A stretch of DNA of 44,181 nt, taken from a virus. Taxonomy: Duplodnaviria; Caudoviricetes. This document shows, in pieces, positions 40,509 through 44,181 of this stretch. The stretch lies in the IMG/VR virus record IMGVR_UViG_3300037742_000022, positions 1 to 44,181 of that record. One strand, 5' to 3'. Position 1 is the stretch's first letter. Every line of letters begins with the position of its first letter. Made by a program: the position numbers and the translations under genes. The notes below the pieces were generated by a model that had not been told where the DNA came from, did not search any database, and was given only the letters and a program-made list of their open reading frames with translations.

Positions 40509-42657
40509 TTGCGGCTCCAGGTTGCGCCGGCTCCCCCGGCATGGGCTGCTGGACGGGGCCAGGCGGCGGGAGCAGTTCGCTCACGTCCAGCCGTTCCCCG
40601 TATTTCTCCATCGTGATCTGCGTCAGGCGCTCCAGGCTGTCGGCAATAGCCTCGGGCGTCGACTGGCGCAGCGTGCCGACGGCCGTGATCTGCTGCTGCA
40701 AGAAGGGCAGCACGCCGCTCCACGACTCTTTGTCCCGGTTCGTGTTGGGCTTGCCGCTCGATCCGGCGCGAATCTCGACGTTGACCATCTCGGCCAGCGA
40801 TTCGGCGCCGCTGTACTCGGGCCAGAACGCGTCGGGGCCGACGATCGCGGTCACGTCCTCGGTCGCCATGTAGCAGCGCGCAATCTCCGCGGTGTAGAGG
40901 GCAAGCTCGTTCAGCGCCTCCTCCATGTCGTCGCGGCGCCCACCGGTGCGGGCCTGGAACCCGGCCTGCTGAATCTCGGCCTCGGTCGCGGTCTTGTCGT
41001 TCGTGACGCCGCCGGCCAAGGCTTCCTGTACGCCCCAGTTCATCTCGATCTCGTTGCGCACGCCGCTGACATCGTAGATGGCGAAGTCGAACGCCGGATA
41101 CGCCACCTTGGCGAACATGCTTTCGAGGTTACCGTCGTTGATCTGCGTGCGGCTGATGCCGACCATCTCCCCAACATCGCCCTTTGCCAGCGCCCTCGCG
41201 TCCTTCGGGTCGATCTGCGCCTTGTCGAAGAATGTCTTGGGGATGACGCGCTTGCGATGCTTGGCCGCCGCTGTCTGGATGCGGTTGTACTCGTCCAGTT
41301 GCTTGTAGCTCGACGTGATGAGGCTCTGCGGGTGGCGCTGGCCGTCCACGTCGGAGATGGTGAACAGGAAGAACGGGAAGAACCGCGTCGTCGCGCAAGG
41401 CTGGAACGGTGCCTTGACCCAGCCGGCCACGCCCTCGATGCGCGTCAGGACGGAATTGCTGCCGCGGTCCCAAATCTCCCACACCGCCACGTAGCTACCG
41501 CCGTCGCCGCCACCAGACATCGCGTCGGTCTTGGCTGCGGAGGCGTAGCCCGACGTGAAGGAATCGGCGTCTTGCGCGTTCATGTCGCCAGCCAGCGCCC
41601 CGCTGACGTTGGTCACGTCCGGCTGCTGGATGCACGGCGCGCGCGGCGTGTAGGTGGTGGCGCCGTTGATGCGCTCGGTGGACAGGCCAAACTCAGCCTT
41701 GGCGTCCTCTTTCAACATGAAGATGCGCTGCGCCTGCCACGGCATTTCCTGATTGTCGCTGATCGTGTGGCCCAGCGCGCCCTGCCAGTCCTCGGCGTTG
41801 ATGAAGTCAACCGTGAAACCGCGGGCGATGACGCGCTCGGCCTTGCCCTGCAGCGCGGTCAGTTGCCGCTCGTACTCGGCGGTATCGGCCTCGCTGTCCA
41901 GGCTGGCGCCTTCGGCCAGGTCGAGCCGTAGCTGCGTGACGCGCTTGATGTTGTCTTGCAGGTCGTGGATCTGCCGCGCCATCTCGGGGTCGGGCGCCGT
42001 GCGCTCCTGCCACGAGGCCTTCATCACGCCGAGCCCCACGGTCAGGGCCGATCGGACCCACTTCTTCGCAGGCGATTTGACCCGAGCTGTGAGCCACATG
42101 CGCGAGCACACCAGCTCCAGCGTCTCGGCAAAGGCCTTGTTGTCGCGCTGGCGCTTCTGGAAGCGGTCGCGGATCGTCTTGATCGTCTCGTCGACGTACT
42201 GGTCGATGACCGCCTGCGATGCGGCAGCAGGATCAACCTGCGCCACCGGTATCGCGGGGTCGCCGGTCGGGATCGGCCCCTGTGCTGCAACCATCCCGGC
42301 AAGCTGCGACTGCTGCTGGACTTCCGGCGGAATACTCGCCAGCGCAGCCTCACGAATCGCGTCGTCGTCCGGCGGCTCCGTGCACTTGGCCGGCATGATG
42401 TCGAGGTCGGGGTTCTTCGCGAACAGGAACGCGACCAGGATGCCGATGTAGGTATTCGCGATGTTCGCGTCCAGCTCGTAGCCTGAATCCCCGCGGGCAT
42501 ACTTGCGGTTGCGGGCGTACTCCCTTCGGGCGGGCTCGTCGAACTTGCGCGCGGCCTTGATCGCTTCCTCCCACTTGCGGGAGTCGGCGCGTTCCTGCTC
42601 GGTCACGTCGGTCGGGCGCGGATCACCCTCGGGGATGTCGGTTACGATCACGTCCAC
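40489..42657 (-). CDS. Portal protein (722 aa)
   Basis: Follows terL; VWEIWDR, KTATEAEIQQ and EIRAGSSGKPN motifs of podoviral portals. Confidence 0.85.
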   Translation of the reverse strand: MDVIVTDIPEGDPRPTDVTEQERADSRKWEEAIKAARKFDEPARREYARNRKYARGDSGYELDANIANTYIGILVAFLFAKNPDLDIMPAKCTEPPDDDAIREAALASIPPEVQQQSQLAGMVAAQGPIPTGDPAIPVAQVDPAAASQAVIDQYVDETIKTIRDRFQKRQRDNKAFAETLELVCSRMWLTARVKSPAKKWVRSALTVGLGVMKASWQERTAPDPEMARQIHDLQDNIKRVTQLRLDLAEGASLDSEADTAEYERQLTALQGKAERVIARGFTVDFINAEDWQGALGHTISDNQEMPWQAQRIFMLKEDAKAEFGLSTERINGATTYTPRAPCIQQPDVTNVSGALAGDMNAQDADSFTSGYASAAKTDAMSGGGDGGSYVAVWEIWDRGSNSVLTRIEGVAGWVKAPFQPCATTRFFPFFLFTISDVDGQRHPQSLITSSYKQLDEYNRIQTAAAKHRKRVIPKTFFDKAQIDPKDARALAKGDVGEMVGISRTQINDGNLESMFAKVAYPAFDFAIYDVSGVRNEIEMNWGVQEALAGGVTNDKTATEAEIQQAGFQARTGGRRDDMEEALNELALYTAEIARCYMATEDVTAIVGPDAFWPEYSGAESLAEMVNVEIRAGSSGKPNTNRDKESWSGVLPFLQQQITAVGTLRQSTPEAIADSLERLTQITMEKYGERLDVSELLPPPGPVQQPMPGEPAQPGAANAEPPA

Positions 42658-42782
42658 GCGGGGATTCCTTGGGTCAGGCCGTAGAACAGCTGCATGAAGT
42701 CGCTGATCGTGAATCGCGGCGGCATGATGTAGCCGGCGGCCATCATGTCGCGATGCACCATGTCGTGATACAGCGACGGCAT
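42648..42782 (-). CDS. Possible small protein (44 aa)
   Basis: Fills the terL-portal gap on the operon strand. Confidence 0.4.
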   Translation of the reverse strand: MPSLYHDMVHRDMMAAGYIMPPRFTISDFMQLFYGLTQGIPAWT

Positions 42783-42786
42783 CAGG

Positions 42787-44094
42787 TTAACGGTAATAGC
42801 TCTCACGGTCTTCGTCCTCGTTCGCGCGCATCCTATCACGGTCCTCAAACCATGCAGGGGAGAGGGGAATCAGGGTCTTTTTCTCGGTTTTCTCGGGCGC
42901 GCGGGCGTCGGCCACGAAGTCCAGGCCGCGGGCGAACAGGCTGCAGGCGTCCACCATGTCGTCCGTGCGGCCGTCCTCGCCGTTGAATGCGCACAGTTGG
43001 TCGATCAGCTTGTCGCCCCACTTCCCTTGCTTGACGAACACAGTCCCCGCGGCGGCGCGCGCGGCGAAACCCATGGCGCGTGTCCACTTGTTGCCGGCGC
43101 TGGCCAGCGTCTCCAACCGGATGAAGGCCTGCGCCTCGCGCATCTTGCGGTTCCGGGTGGCGTTGATGGCGCGATGAATGACGCCAGCCTCGTCGAACGC
43201 CATGACGGGCCGGTGCCTGCGGATCATGGCGATCCACGCATTCAGGCCGTCGTCGGGGTCCGTCTGGCCGCTCCACCAGTCCGTGATGTAGGTGTCGCCG
43301 GCCGGGTCCATGGCAAAAATGCCGTGCTCGGTCCAGTCGGGATCGGTCTTTTCGGTGCCGTCGGCGGGCGTCGTAGCCCAGTCAGAGGACAGGTACTTGT
43401 TCAGGTTGGCCGGCTCGGCGTCGTAGCGGCGGAACCAGGCGCGCTTGAACAGTAGCCCGGCGATCGATCGGCACATGCCGCCGTAGACGTGATCGTGCAG
43501 ATCCTTGTTGACCGCCAGCATCTTGAGCCGTTCGGCCTCAAGCTCGGGCGGGAACCACGGGTTGTCCATGTAATTGATGGTGACCACCAGCGTGTCGCTC
43601 GCTGGGTTCTCGGCCATCTTGTGGATGTAGTCCTCGGTCTGGTCCGGGTTGTAGCTCCACCACAGCTCCGACCCAGGCATGCGGATCGTCGGGATCAGGA
43701 TGTTCGCCGACCGCTCCGTGATCTTGTTCGCCTCCTCGCACCACGCGCCATCGTAGCCCTCGTAGGACTTGATCGACTCGGCCGTGTGCTCCTGCAGGCC
43801 CACGAAGCTGAACTCGCTACCGTGCGGCCCCTTGATGAGTGTCTGCTGGATGTCGAACAGGTGCGACACGCCAAGCTCGGCAATCGTGTCCGACAGCAGG
43901 CGGTGGCTCGATTCCTTGGTCGACTTCTGCGTCTCGCGGCAGCACAGCCAGCGGGTTCGCTTGGACACCGCTCGGGCCACCAACAGGCGGGCTATGCTCC
44001 ACGACTTGCCAGAACCTCGCCCACCGCGAGCTATCTTGTGCCGTTTCGCCTCGGTGGCGAACGGAATCATCTTCTCGGGGATCTCGACCCTCAC
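42787..44094 (-). CDS. terL: Terminase large subunit (PBSX-like ATPase plus RNase H-like nuclease)
   Basis: GGRGSGKS Walker A, CCRETQKS, SIKSYEG..AWCEEA, LIPTIR..SELWWSYNP, and nuclease motif DDMVDA. Confidence 0.95.
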   Translation of the reverse strand: MRVEIPEKMIPFATEAKRHKIARGGRGSGKSWSIARLLVARAVSKRTRWLCCRETQKSTKESSHRLLSDTIAELGVSHLFDIQQTLIKGPHGSEFSFVGLQEHTAESIKSYEGYDGAWCEEANKITERSANILIPTIRMPGSELWWSYNPDQTEDYIHKMAENPASDTLVVTINYMDNPWFPPELEAERLKMLAVNKDLHDHVYGGMCRSIAGLLFKRAWFRRYDAEPANLNKYLSSDWATTPADGTEKTDPDWTEHGIFAMDPAGDTYITDWWSGQTDPDDGLNAWIAMIRRHRPVMAFDEAGVIHRAINATRNRKMREAQAFIRLETLASAGNKWTRAMGFAARAAAGTVFVKQGKWGDKLIDQLCAFNGEDGRTDDMVDACSLFARGLDFVADARAPEKTEKKTLIPLSPAWFEDRDRMRANEDEDRESYYR

Positions 44095-44181
44095 TTCGGG
44101 GCGACGGCGACTATCTGGATGACGGGCGGCAGCAAATCTTTGCCGTCAGGGCCGGAGAGTTCCTGCTGGATCTTGTCGCCG
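44055..44181. repeat. Terminal direct repeat, right copy
   Basis: Identical to bases 1-127. Confidence 0.95.

Noticed and set aside
44055-44181. 127-bp terminal repeat as a biological direct terminal repeat
   Set aside because: The length matches a standard assembler k-mer and the repeat spans the terS/terL coding junction, so it is best read as a circular assembly overlap.

Overview
The window is an apparently complete, circularly assembled genome of a GC-rich (about two-thirds G+C by eye) podovirus-like tailed phage. It has 44,054 unique bp: bases 1-127 recur at 44055-44181, and terS and terL join across that junction. One long minus-strand arm runs from a Cro-like gene through a replication initiator, DnaC-like loader, Dam methylase, NinB-like, DUF968 and VRR-NUC genes to terS. 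It continues across the junction through terL, portal, scaffold, capsid, adaptor, tail, ejection proteins, lysis genes and a tail fibre. A plus-strand early arm (6572-16022) carries an XF1762/Mom-like gene, RecT, SSB, a DUF550 protein and many small ORFs. I recognise no integrase, CI repressor, Q-like antiterminator or partition genes. The most interesting elements are: (1) a 2362-aa LPD38-type ejection protein carrying a GGDEF-like nucleotide cyclase domain, a zincin metallopeptidase motif and a GNAT motif; (2) a promoter-driven tRNA-shaped RNA with no canonical anticodon arm; (3) a stand-alone MqsA-type zinc ribbon and a secreted Cys-rich FEDGFE protein inside the lysis cassette; (4) a triplicated head-tail adaptor and a split tail nozzle; (5) several structured intergenic RNAs. 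All family assignments come from motif recognition by eye; no database searches were run.
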